Of a stretch of 24,857 nt of DNA, positions 1-8,480 are shown one piece after another; positions within the stretch are counted from its first letter, which is position 1, and each line of letters opens with the position of its first letter. A program made the position numbers and the translations under genes. The notes beneath the pieces are model-generated. The model ran no database searches, had not been told where the DNA came from, and saw only the letters and a list, made by a program, of their open reading frames with translations. The DNA comes from a virus (Duplodnaviria > Caudoviricetes), in IMG/VR virus record IMGVR_UViG_3300033407_000103, positions 1-24,857 of that record; one strand, given 5' to 3'.

Positions 1-3000
1 TGCGGACGATGGGGTTCTTCACTGAACCGTATTGAGAGTGGCCGTCTTGCCACTCTCCGCGTTCTTGCGTCATGTAGGCCGGGGACGCCTCCAGATAGGC
101 CTCTTCAACGAGTTTCCGCTGGTAAGCATTCAGCTTTGCCCACGGTGTTCCTAAGTCCGCATAGTCTTTAGCGTACTGTCCAGACTCGTAATACTCTTTA
201 CCATTTTTGAAGGGCGGGGCTTCAGTCTTTTTTGAAGTAGCCGTGACAAACATCTCCCGGTAGTCTGTTCCCCCTGGCTCTTGATATTGGGAGAAGTAGG
301 TGCCGTCTTCAAGCCCATGGAATTCCGCGTTAGATTCACGCTCTTCTGCCCACGATCTATCAAGAATTTCATCGTAAAGGGTATCGTCGTCCAATATTTC
401 GCGAAGGTCTTTTCCCGCATATTTGTATTGAAATTCACCGGCCCAGTCAAAGCCTTCTTCTTCTATTACAGCCCCAGTCGCATCTTCAAATTCTTGCTTA
501 AAGTTTTCTAGTACATACCCTGGCCAAGAGTTTGGAAAGACATATTCCTCGTAGTTATTTTTTGCATCCGATTCTTGCGAGGGCCTTGCCTCTCTGCCCA
601 GCACCACATCCTCAAGCTCAACGGTATTGGCCTTCACAAAATCAAGCAGTTCTTCCCGGCTTACTTTGTCGGCAGGCTTTTTGGCCTTGATCCATGCGTC
701 AAGGCCGGTCGCTTCGATTTCAGTTTTCTTCACACCGTTCTTGTTGAGGAAATTCAAAACTGACTGCGCTTTCATGCCCTGAAACGCTGAGGACGCTACT
801 TGTTCGAGTTTGGAATATATGGCCTTTGCTGCTTCCTGGATTTGGGCTTGGCTGTACATTGCCGGAACGGTATCACCGACCATATTCCCGGCTTCGGCAA
901 ATTGGTCCGTCTGTCTGGCCCACGATCTTGCCCCAGCCGTGAACAGCATCACGAAATCAGATTCGGTCATCCTGGTTGTCGGGATGCCAAGTCTCATAAG
1001 TGCCATCTTGATTGCGGAGATGATACGTTTGAATAGAGAATGCTCTTTATTTGCAGAGTCCTCAAGGAAATATCCGATACCTTCAGTAGTGCGGTATTCC
1101 ACAGGGGTGTCTTCAGGCACACGTTCGTAAGCGGCTTTAACCGCCTTGCTGCCGAGTTTTCCCAGCCGCTCAAAGTCCGCCTCGATCTTGGCACGGGCTG
1201 CCATGTATCGGGAATCTTCTAAAAGTAACGCATGTGACATCTCGTGCAACGCAACACCAGCGGCCTGGCCCGGGGCGATCTTGTTCGCGACTAACCATAT
1301 TTTCCCACCCTTGCCGTCTCTACCGCCCTTAGGATCGTAAGCTCCAACTATGGTGCCGTCTTTGGAGTAAAGGGCGGTGATTTTCACGTCTTCATCTGTG
1401 AAAATTACATAGTTGAAATTGCCTTCCCCTTTGTTTCGGCTGGTGCCGTCAAGATACTTAATACCACGAATGCCGATAGAGTGGAGGTATTTTGAGGCGA
1501 TTTTTTCAGTGTTATTTAGCCTCTCTTCCTCGGTTGCCCCTGTTTTTTCTATGATATCCATGAGGAGCAACTTGTTTTTTGTCCCTTCAGCTGCAACAGA
1601 GATTACTTTAGAGTAAAGCGCACCGCCGCTCTCTATCCATGCGCCAGAAATGCTATCGAGTTCTTTCTGTGCGGCATATTGTGTCTCAAAGATATCGGGA
1701 GTTTTGTTAAACTTTGGATAGAGTTCTTTGGTTTTTGTGTTTTGTATAGCCCACCCATCTCCATATTTTACAACTTCTCCTTTTACATTGGATCTTGCGG
1801 CAATCCGCAACGCCTCCTTTACTTTATCGCTCTGTTCTGAAAGGGGCTTATCCCAAAGGAGGTATTCGTCTTCGGCGGGGGAGAGTTCTACTTGGTAGAT
1901 GGATCCGTAATCTAACTTCACGTTTCCTTTCCTAAGTAGATCAGCAACGGATTTTATTTCCCTAAACTTTCCCATATTCTCCATATTCCCTGACTGGAGA
2001 ACAGCTTGATCATCAAGGGTAGAGGCTATTTGTTCAATGGTCAGCCCGTCTCTCATCCCCCTTGAAATAATGTGTTCGTACCCTGTTGTTATCTCCTTGC
2101 CGTCTACAACAACCTTTCCCTTGGATAATGTTTTCTGATACCACTCGGCCACATCCCGGCTTGTAGCAAAATAAAGTCCGTGCCCGTAAGCCTGATTTCC
2201 TTCCCCGGACCCAATCTTCTCCGTGCTGAATTTGTCAAACTTGTGCGGAGATCCGTGCCAGACCACCATCTTCAACGCCCGCCCGATCCAATCAGGCAGA
2301 CCCGCCTCAGTCCGCACAATCTCCAGCTTGTCGCGCTTGATCAAATTACCCACGCCTTTATCGCCAAGGAACGAGGCGCGGAGTTCTGCTTCTACTTCTG
2401 CGGGGGTGGTGGTATAGGTTTGGGAGGATTGAGAAAACAACGGAGAATCTGGCCGCACTTTTTGCGCTGCGGCTTCTGTAAAAAACTTGCCGATATTCAT
2501 CGAATTTGCGCTTGAAATATCTTTAGACGCTAGGACTCTGGCGGTCGCCTTATCCATAAGCTCCACCGTAACCTCGTCGCCTTTGAATATCTTCCCCAGC
2601 TGTGTGATTTGTTTTTTTGTAGGAGGGGCAAATGCATTTATTACCCCTGACTTTTTATCAATTCTGATTGATCCTGTACGGGCCATAAACTCCATCATGC
2701 CCCATGTCCCAGAACTCTTTATACCCAATTCGAGGCCTGGGGCAAGTGTGCTTTCTCCGTGGAGTTCTCGGTGGTCAACTTGCCTTTCTCTCATGTAACG
2801 ACGTTCGCTTGGGCCAACCTGATGCTTTCCAGAAAAGTCCAGCATGTCGCCATCTGGCATAAGGTATCCTGCCTCTTCTGGCCTGAATGTCACACCGAAG
2901 TATTTCTTTGCATCACCTGATAGCTTAAGGTTTTCAGATTCTTGCGTATTCAAAGCGCCGTAGTATGCTTCCTCATCATTATCTGAAATCTTAGAATAAA

Positions 3001-6000
3001 GTGGTGCGTCTTTGCCTTTTTGTACACCGGCGGCGGGCTGTACGTCCCCGGTCTTACCACCACTTCTCGCAGTTCGTTGTATTGCGTTCTCTGCGAGTGC
3101 TACGATGTCACCATCTGTGATCTTACGTTTCAAGCCTACATTGATCGCCCAGGAGCGAATAGCGTTTATGATCCTTCTCCATAGCGCCTGGTTGCTATTG
3201 GCTTTATTCGCCAACCAGTATGTAATGGTTTCTTCGCGCAGATTCTCAGTTTCTACACCGGCTTTCCGGGCCTTGTTCTCTGCGGCGGTCCATGACTTAT
3301 CACCCATGCGTAACCGGGTGTCGATCAGTCCCATGATCTTGTCAGACTGTTTACCGAATACTCCAGACCATCCGGATTCACCACGTACCTTATGAACCCC
3401 TTCATGAAGCAGTAACCCCCATGTACTCTCGGGCGTTACGTTATCTGCCACAAGATAGATGTTTCCTGTCTCCGGATCAAAGGCGCCTTCGATCTTACCG
3501 GTCGCTTTCGATTGGAATATGTTCGAGGGGCCAACATTGATCTTTTTCATGAGATCCACAACAGTCTGAACGATATCAACCTGTAATCGCTTCTTGCCGT
3601 TCTCAGTCACAAGGGAATTTACTGTTTCTTCGATTGCGGCAGACTTCCCAGTTGTCGCCGTACTCGGTGTCTTACTGTAGAATATAGTGTTCGATGTGTT
3701 CGGAAGGCGCCCATTGTCTGCGAAGCTCACTCCTTTCTGAACGAAGTCGAGTAATGACAAACCGGTAGCGTTTGCGAATTTCTTCAGATTAACGATCGGT
3801 GTCGGATCTTCAGATGAACTCGTAGCAATCATGGCTGAAGCATTCGTTTTACCGATCATTTCCAGGAGTCGCTTCGAAACTCCGGTATCGCGTAGTTTCG
3901 AAAGTTCGCTCAGTGGTATATTGATTTCACCAACCGGTTTATATTGCATATCGAGCAGTAGGATTCCATCGGTCAACCCTGATTGTGATAAATATCCCCT
4001 CGTACTGGAAGAACTTGTCAAAGGATTTTTATCGGTTACTGTCTTGAATACTCGATCGATGATATCGATTTTCTCTTTCCCAGGACCAAAATCAACCATA
4101 AACTGTCCGGTTTCTGATTCCCCTTTCCCTGAACCTGTGATAGATGATATCCCATGATATGTAATCCCTGAACCCTCGAAAACATTCCTCATTACATTAC
4201 TGGCATTACGATCTGCATTACTTAACAATGCCTGACCCGATGGATGATTATGAACCAACCACACGTTCGCAGCATTCGGTATGTTCGCTACGCTGGCCGC
4301 GAATAACCCCGGATCAAACATAGCTGCAGCGCGAATACCCTTTGTATGTGAGATCACACCAAGTGGTTTACCGTTCTTATCCGCAACAACCGCGAGATTC
4401 CTTTCTTGAGCCTTATTTCCCAGGAACGAGGCGACAACAGAGGCGGCATCCTTCGTTGATTTTATTTGAGTGATATCATGCTTCGCAACAGCTTCTTGAA
4501 CGTTGACTGTTTCTTGAAATACACGATCCGTTTTCGTTTCCGATTCCGGTTGAAAAGAGAACAAATCAAGCTGTACTGGTCCTTTTCCGTACTTTCCTTT
4601 TTTCTGCTCTGTCTGGAGTGCTTCAGCGTCCATCCATTCGTCAGTGAGTCTCTGGACATATTTATTGATTTCCTTCTGTTTTCCAGATATTGATTTGATA
4701 CTTTCGATCAGCGCATCACCATTCTCATAACCGGTTTCATCTGCGAACTCATCGATTCTGAGAGTACCTTTTTTCGAGATTATCCCAGGTCGTATACGCA
4801 TGATCTGACTTACAGTTTCCGGCCCATAGTCATTGATCATTGCGTTATAGTCAAACCCGCCGCGACTCTTCACTTCATTCATATGCTTGAAAATCGGGTC
4901 ATTACCAACCACAGATTCTGCTTCTTTACGAAATTGACGAACTGTATCGGCATCCGGCCGGATGCTGGATGCTGGCCGGATGCTGGATGCTGGCCGGATG
5001 CCGGATGCTGGCCGGATGCCGGATGCTGGCCGGATGCCGGATGCTGGCCGGATGCCGGATGCTGGCCGGATGCCGGATGCTGGCCGGGCGATAGGCACGG
5101 GTGCTTCACCTTGAACGTTCGCTCCGAAGTCAAAGGAAGTATCGACTTCCGGTTCAGCTTGAGTTGGAAGTTCCGGAGAATACCCTTCGTACTCATTAAC
5201 TGCAGCGATACGTTCCGCTTCGCGCTGTTGGTTCTGCTCGTAATTATCTATGAAGATTTGCTCATCTTTGGTGAGTTTCTTCTTGCCTTTGAGCAGATTG
5301 TATTTCGTTTTTTCCTTGGGAAGATTACGGTTACGATTGTACTCAGAAGCAGCCTGAACCTGTGAGTTCCATGCCGATTCACCGGAATCGATACGTTTCT
5401 GATTCTGTCGATCAACACTCTCCATCCCCTTCATCATATCGACTTCTAAAGGTGTTTCGGGAGCTTCCGGAGAATACCCTTCGTACTCATTAACTGCAGC
5501 GATACGTTCCTCACGGATTCTCTTCGATACTTCAGAAAGAACAGCATCACGAAGCTGGTTCTCAGCAATTGTGGTAGGTTTCAGATCCAATGCTTCACGG
5601 GCGATCTGATCAATATTCAAACCACTCGATATCTTCTGCTCTACAATATTCTCAGGGGTATCCGGAGAGAGTTGATTCAGTAGTTCTGCCCGATTCTGAG
5701 CATCGAAACTTCCCGACTTATACGCAGCAAGTGCGGTATTCCGGGCCTCGTCAAAATTCGTTGCATTCCCGATGTCATCGGCAGTCGGGCCGGTACTCGA
5801 TGGAGTCGGGCCGGTACTCGATGGAGTCGGGCCGGTAGCCATCCCACGAACTCCACCAAAAACGCCGCTTACGGCACCCATGGCTGCGGCATCTACTGCA
5901 TCACCTATTGATGGAGTTTTCCCTTTACCGATATCCTCAACGATTGTCTGACCGAATTCAGTAGCCCCCTCAGTCCCGGACATCGCAGTAGCACCCACAG

Positions 6001-6910
6001 CGCCACGGGCAAGATGACCAGTTTTTCCAGGGATGCCTTCAACAGACTTCAGGAGTTTCGATTTACCGAAGATAACGTCAAGACCTACTTTATCAGCCAC
6101 ATATTCAAGGCCACCGGCTACCGCAGTGGCCCCGAGGATCATTGCGATTTCAGTACCTGTGAGAGTTTTTCCCTGTTCCGCAGCTTCTTTTACCTTCTCG
6201 CCGCCGATTTCTCCACCTTCCATACCGAAGGCTGTCGCAGCAATTGCGGTACGTTCTGCGATCTTATTCGTAGCCTGTCTGACCGCTTCACGCTGGATTG
6301 CCTCTTTCGATAATCCTTTGGTTGCAAGTTTCACAGCTTCCTTCTCGACCATATCAGTGGCGAATTTTCTTACGGCGCCCGAGATAGTCTTTTGAGCAAC
6401 AGCTTTCGTGATACCTACGCCGGCAGCGAGTTGCAACACTTGCCCACCGGCATACCCAAGTCCGTATTGAGCCCAATCCATCAGGGCATTATAATCCCCT
6501 TCTTTCGCTTTATTCCACGAGTATCGAAACGAGTCGGATTGCTTCGCGTCAATCTGGATCTTATCGGTCCATTCCTGATAGCCACCAAGAGCCCAGTTCT
6601 TCAGATCGGATGCAACACCGCCTTCACCCGTGGCAGATTCAGCTATCCCGGCGCCGAGAGCAGCAAGACCGTAACCGAGTTGAGGAATCTGCTTAAATGT
6701 CGTCGATGCGCCTCTTACAAAATCAGATGTTTCTTCGGGGGTATTCACATACCCTTCATCTTGAAAAAATGATAGGATCTCGTTGTCGTTTGATCCGGAC
6801 TGTATCGCACTGTTATAATCAAACCCATGTTCTTCAGAGAGAAACTGTACGATTTCTGAATCAGTTGCTCCCGATTTCCTTGCTTGAGCGAGATCAAACA
6901 TTTTCACCAT
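1..6910 (-). CDS. Large polyvalent (virion-delivered, DarB/LPD-like) protein, 3'-truncated, >2300 aa: Gly/Ala-rich N-terminus, repeats, JAB/MPN plus degenerate JAB, zincin 1, unnamed domain, zincin 2 interrupted by an ART-like domain, further C-terminal domain
   Basis: Absent from the ORF track because the frame runs off the left edge without a stop. Start is ATG 6910 (GGAG 10 nt upstream) or ATG 6901 (MFDLAQARKSGATDSEIVQFL). I checked the same frame at several points: VHNHPSGQALLSNAD (~4210-4255), LLHEGVH (~3392-3412), WHGSPHKFDKF...GLYFA (~2166-2260), ALHEMSH (~1232-1252) and GHSQYGSVKNPIVR at the window edge. Its position after the ejection-type genes is typical of such proteins. Confidence 0.9.
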   Translation of the reverse strand, partial: MVKMFDLAQARKSGATDSEIVQFLSEEHGFDYNSAIQSGSNDNEILSFFQDEGYVNTPEETSDFVRGASTTFKQIPQLGYGLAALGAGIAESATGEGGVASDLKNWALGGYQEWTDKIQIDAKQSDSFRYSWNKAKEGDYNALMDWAQYGLGYAGGQVLQLAAGVGITKAVAQKTISGAVRKFATDMVEKEAVKLATKGLSKEAIQREAVRQATNKIAERTAIAATAFGMEGGEIGGEKVKEAAEQGKTLTGTEIAMILGATAVAGGLEYVADKVGLDVIFGKSKLLKSVEGIPGKTGHLARGAVGATAMSGTEGATEFGQTIVEDIGKGKTPSIGDAVDAAAMGAVSGVFGGVRGMATGPTPSSTGPTPSSTGPTADDIGNATNFDEARNTALAAYKSGSFDAQNRAELLNQLSPDTPENIVEQKISSGLNIDQIAREALDLKPTTIAENQLRDAVLSEVSKRIREERIAAVNEYEGYSPEAPETPLEVDMMKGMESVDRQNQKRIDSGESAWNSQVQAASEYNRNRNLPKEKTKYNLLKGKKKLTKDEQIFIDNYEQNQQREAERIAAVNEYEGYSPELPTQAEPEVDTSFDFGANVQGEAPVPIARPASGIRPASGIRPASGIRPASGIRPASGIRPASSIRPASSIRPDADTVRQFRKEAESVVGNDPIFKHMNEVKSRGGFDYNAMINDYGPETVSQIMRIRPGIISKKGTLRIDEFADETGYENGDALIESIKSISGKQKEINKYVQRLTDEWMDAEALQTEQKKGKYGKGPVQLDLFSFQPESETKTDRVFQETVNVQEAVAKHDITQIKSTKDAASVVASFLGNKAQERNLAVVADKNGKPLGVISHTKGIRAAAMFDPGLFAASVANIPNAANVWLVHNHPSGQALLSNADRNASNVMRNVFEGSGITYHGISSITGSGKGESETGQFMVDFGPGKEKIDIIDRVFKTVTDKNPLTSSSSTRGYLSQSGLTDGILLLDMQYKPVGEINIPLSELSKLRDTGVSKRLLEMIGKTNASAMIATSSSEDPTPIVNLKKFANATGLSLLDFVQKGVSFADNGRLPNTSNTIFYSKTPSTATTGKSAAIEETVNSLVTENGKKRLQVDIVQTVVDLMKKINVGPSNIFQSKATGKIEGAFDPETGNIYLVADNVTPESTWGLLLHEGVHKVRGESGWSGVFGKQSDKIMGLIDTRLRMGDKSWTAAENKARKAGVETENLREETITYWLANKANSNQALWRRIINAIRSWAINVGLKRKITDGDIVALAENAIQRTARSGGKTGDVQPAAGVQKGKDAPLYSKISDNDEEAYYGALNTQESENLKLSGDAKKYFGVTFRPEEAGYLMPDGDMLDFSGKHQVGPSERRYMRERQVDHRELHGESTLAPGLELGIKSSGTWGMMEFMARTGSIRIDKKSGVINAFAPPTKKQITQLGKIFKGDEVTVELMDKATARVLASKDISSANSMNIGKFFTEAAAQKVRPDSPLFSQSSQTYTTTPAEVEAELRASFLGDKGVGNLIKRDKLEIVRTEAGLPDWIGRALKMVVWHGSPHKFDKFSTEKIGSGEGNQAYGHGLYFATSRDVAEWYQKTLSKGKVVVDGKEITTGYEHIISRGMRDGLTIEQIASTLDDQAVLQSGNMENMGKFREIKSVADLLRKGNVKLDYGSIYQVELSPAEDEYLLWDKPLSEQSDKVKEALRIAARSNVKGEVVKYGDGWAIQNTKTKELYPKFNKTPDIFETQYAAQKELDSISGAWIESGGALYSKVISVAAEGTKNKLLLMDIIEKTGATEEERLNNTEKIASKYLHSIGIRGIKYLDGTSRNKGEGNFNYVIFTDEDVKITALYSKDGTIVGAYDPKGGRDGKGGKIWLVANKIAPGQAAGVALHEMSHALLLEDSRYMAARAKIEADFERLGKLGSKAVKAAYERVPEDTPVEYRTTEGIGYFLEDSANKEHSLFKRIISAIKMALMRLGIPTTRMTESDFVMLFTAGARSWARQTDQFAEAGNMVGDTVPAMYSQAQIQEAAKAIYSKLEQVASSAFQGMKAQSVLNFLNKNGVKKTEIEATGLDAWIKAKKPADKVSREELLDFVKANTVELEDVVLGREARPSQESDAKNNYEEYVFPNSWPGYVLENFKQEFEDATGAVIEEEGFDWAGEFQYKYAGKDLREILDDDTLYDEILDRSWAEERESNAEFHGLEDGTYFSQYQEPGGTDYREMFVTATSKKTEAPPFKNGKEYYESGQYAKDYADLGTPWAKLNAYQRKLVEEAYLEASPAYMTQERGEWQDGHSQYGSVKNPIVR
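4958..5087. repeat. 18-bp tandem repeat x7 (ccggatgc[t/c]ggatgctgg), coding RPAS[G/S]I x7 in the polyvalent protein
   Basis: Directly visible. Seven units span 4958-5083 plus a partial unit, in frame and with no spacers. Confidence 0.95.
5171..5510. repeat. Perfect 46-bp direct repeat (5171-5216 and 5465-5510), coding ERIAAVNEYEGYSPE twice
   Basis: ttccggagaatacccttcgtactcattaactgcagcgatacgttcc occurs identically twice, 294 bp (98 codons) apart. Confidence 0.95.
5783..5837. repeat. 21-bp tandem repeat x~2.6 coding TGPTPSS
   Basis: agtcgggccggtactcgatgg is repeated in frame within the polyvalent gene. Confidence 0.9.
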
Positions 6911-7449
6911 GATGCGACAACTCCGCTTGATTTATTATTTTTACGGCGCCATTCGGCAAACTTCGCATTCGGATCGTCTTTCGGTTCGTCTTTCGGTTCG
7001 GTATATTCCCCGGTAGTCCAGACCTTGATGAAATCCGCAACATTTGGATATTGGTCCCGTACCTGCTGGTTCTCTGGTTTGTAATAGTACTCTACAGCCT
7101 TTCCGGTTTCTTCCTTCGTGGTCTTCTCGCCGCTACCCTTTATACTCACGATTTTCTCTGCAGATTCACGATCAGCTTTACTCTCCGAAACCTTGGCCAT
7201 ACGATCAGCTTTACTCTCCGAAACCTTGGCCATACGATCAGCTATGTTCTCTACGGATCTGGCTGCAATTTCCTTATCGGTTCGCTTATTCGCATACTCC
7301 TGTTGTAATCTCACCAAAGTCTCTTCACGTTTGGCAATCGCGTCTTGTTTCTCTTTTTCAAGAGCCGCCGTTTCCTGGGATTCAATATCTTTAACATACT
7401 GGGCGCCGCCGCCTTGCATGGCTGCACCTATGATACCTAATGGATTCAT
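6904..7449 (-). CDS. Putative internal virion/ejection protein (coiled-coil), 181 aa
   Basis: Gly-rich N-terminus followed by a charged coiled coil. ATGA overlap with the upstream gene, GGGGG SD-like sequence, and location directly before the polyvalent gene. Confidence 0.7.
   Translation of the reverse strand: MNPLGIIGAAMQGGGAQYVKDIESQETAALEKEKQDAIAKREETLVRLQQEYANKRTDKEIAARSVENIADRMAKVSESKADRMAKVSESKADRESAEKIVSIKGSGEKTTKEETGKAVEYYYKPENQQVRDQYPNVADFIKVWTTGEYTEPKDEPKDDPNAKFAEWRRKNNKSSGVVASW
7168..7243. repeat. 33-bp tandem repeat x~2.3 coding ADRMAKVSESK
   Basis: acgatcagctttactctccgaaaccttggccat at 7168-7200 and 7201-7233, plus a partial third copy. Confidence 0.92.
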
Positions 7450-7922
7450 TGGATACCCCCTGATTCTTTGAGAAACTGCTTGAATTTATTATCATCAATC
7501 AGACCTCTCTTTCGATCATTCGATAGGATCTGCTGATACGCAAGTTTTAGAGATTCAGCTTTCTGTTCCGGAGTAAGTGTGAACTTTCCAGATACTTTTG
7601 CGATATTCTCAATCTCCCCAACAGCCAGATTCAAAACCTTGGAGGTCATTTCAGGGGTCACAGGAGTTTTGTGTTTTTTCACTGTTTCTTCCCTGGATGA
7701 CTCGACGATGGAAACGGCTGATAGGGCAGTGGTCGCAATGGTCTGTTTTGGATCAAGAGACTGATAGATTTTATCGGCATTCTTGCCATCGTAATAAAGC
7801 ATATTTAACGTGTTGATCTCGAATCGATTGAACAGATCCTGCTCTTGAGGAGATGCCTGTTGATTTGGATCTGATGTACCAGGGGCCATCATTTTTTTTG
7901 CTGTATCGACCATTCCGTTCAT
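7446..7922 (-). CDS. Phage hypothetical protein (probable internal virion protein), 158 aa
   Basis: GAGGT SD upstream of the ATG; tightly packed in the operon. Confidence 0.75.
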   Translation of the reverse strand: MNGMVDTAKKMMAPGTSDPNQQASPQEQDLFNRFEINTLNMLYYDGKNADKIYQSLDPKQTIATTALSAVSIVESSREETVKKHKTPVTPEMTSKVLNLAVGEIENIAKVSGKFTLTPEQKAESLKLAYQQILSNDRKRGLIDDNKFKQFLKESGGIQ

Positions 7923-7934
7923 AGCAATACCTCT

Positions 7935-8480
7935 TTACTTTTTAGAAGCCCATGGAGCAATCTTTTTGTTACTGACCTGGATTCGATCAAGTTTTTTCTG
8001 CAACTTCATTTCATCTTTTTTCGCCTTAACAAGCTGTTCGGTCTTTGCCTGCTCTGTGAGATAACTACCGATAGAACTTACGGCGGCACCGGCTACTTTT
8101 GGATTATCCTTGAGATAGTCCATCGATCGTGAAACAAGGCCTTTATTTTTGTTGGTCAGATCTTTTACAACATTCGGATCGACCTCTGATGACATATCAG
8201 ATCTAATCGCTCCAGACTTTACGGAATCCGTGTAGTCTTTATCGGAAATGCCAGAATCGAAAAGCATATCAGTGAGATCATAACCTGCTTTATTCGCAAG
8301 GAAACCGCCGGCGCCGCCGAACGCTGCACCCGATAAAATATTGTCATTTTTCATCCAGGAGATCCCGGCGCCGATTGCCGCACCTGTGATCACATCATTG
8401 AATGTTTCATTGCTCACGGCGTAATTTACCGCTTGACCGGCGTAATTACCGATTGACTCGAATATTGACGATAGACTCAT
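7935..8480 (-). CDS. Putative ejection protein with glycine-zipper segments, 181 aa
   Basis: GAAIGAG and GAAFGGAGG motifs. TAATG overlap with the upstream gene and GGAGG SD. Confidence 0.7.
   Translation of the reverse strand: MSLSSIFESIGNYAGQAVNYAVSNETFNDVITGAAIGAGISWMKNDNILSGAAFGGAGGFLANKAGYDLTDMLFDSGISDKDYTDSVKSGAIRSDMSSEVDPNVVKDLTNKNKGLVSRSMDYLKDNPKVAGAAVSSIGSYLTEQAKTEQLVKAKKDEMKLQKKLDRIQVSNKKIAPWASKK

Noticed and set aside
4958-5087. CRISPR array or enterobacterial REP element (gccggatg resembles a REP arm)
   Set aside because: There are no spacers and no complete REP palindrome, and the array is in frame inside a CDS.
4879-5365. ORFs encoding (SGQHPA)n and (PDAGCW)n
   Set aside because: These are alternative-frame readings of the 18-bp repeat. 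The real frame is the polyvalent protein (RPASGI).
5171-5510. Diversity-generating retroelement TR/VR pair or att sites
   Set aside because: The copies are identical, with no adenine-specific mismatches, and no reverse transcriptase or integrase lies in the window.
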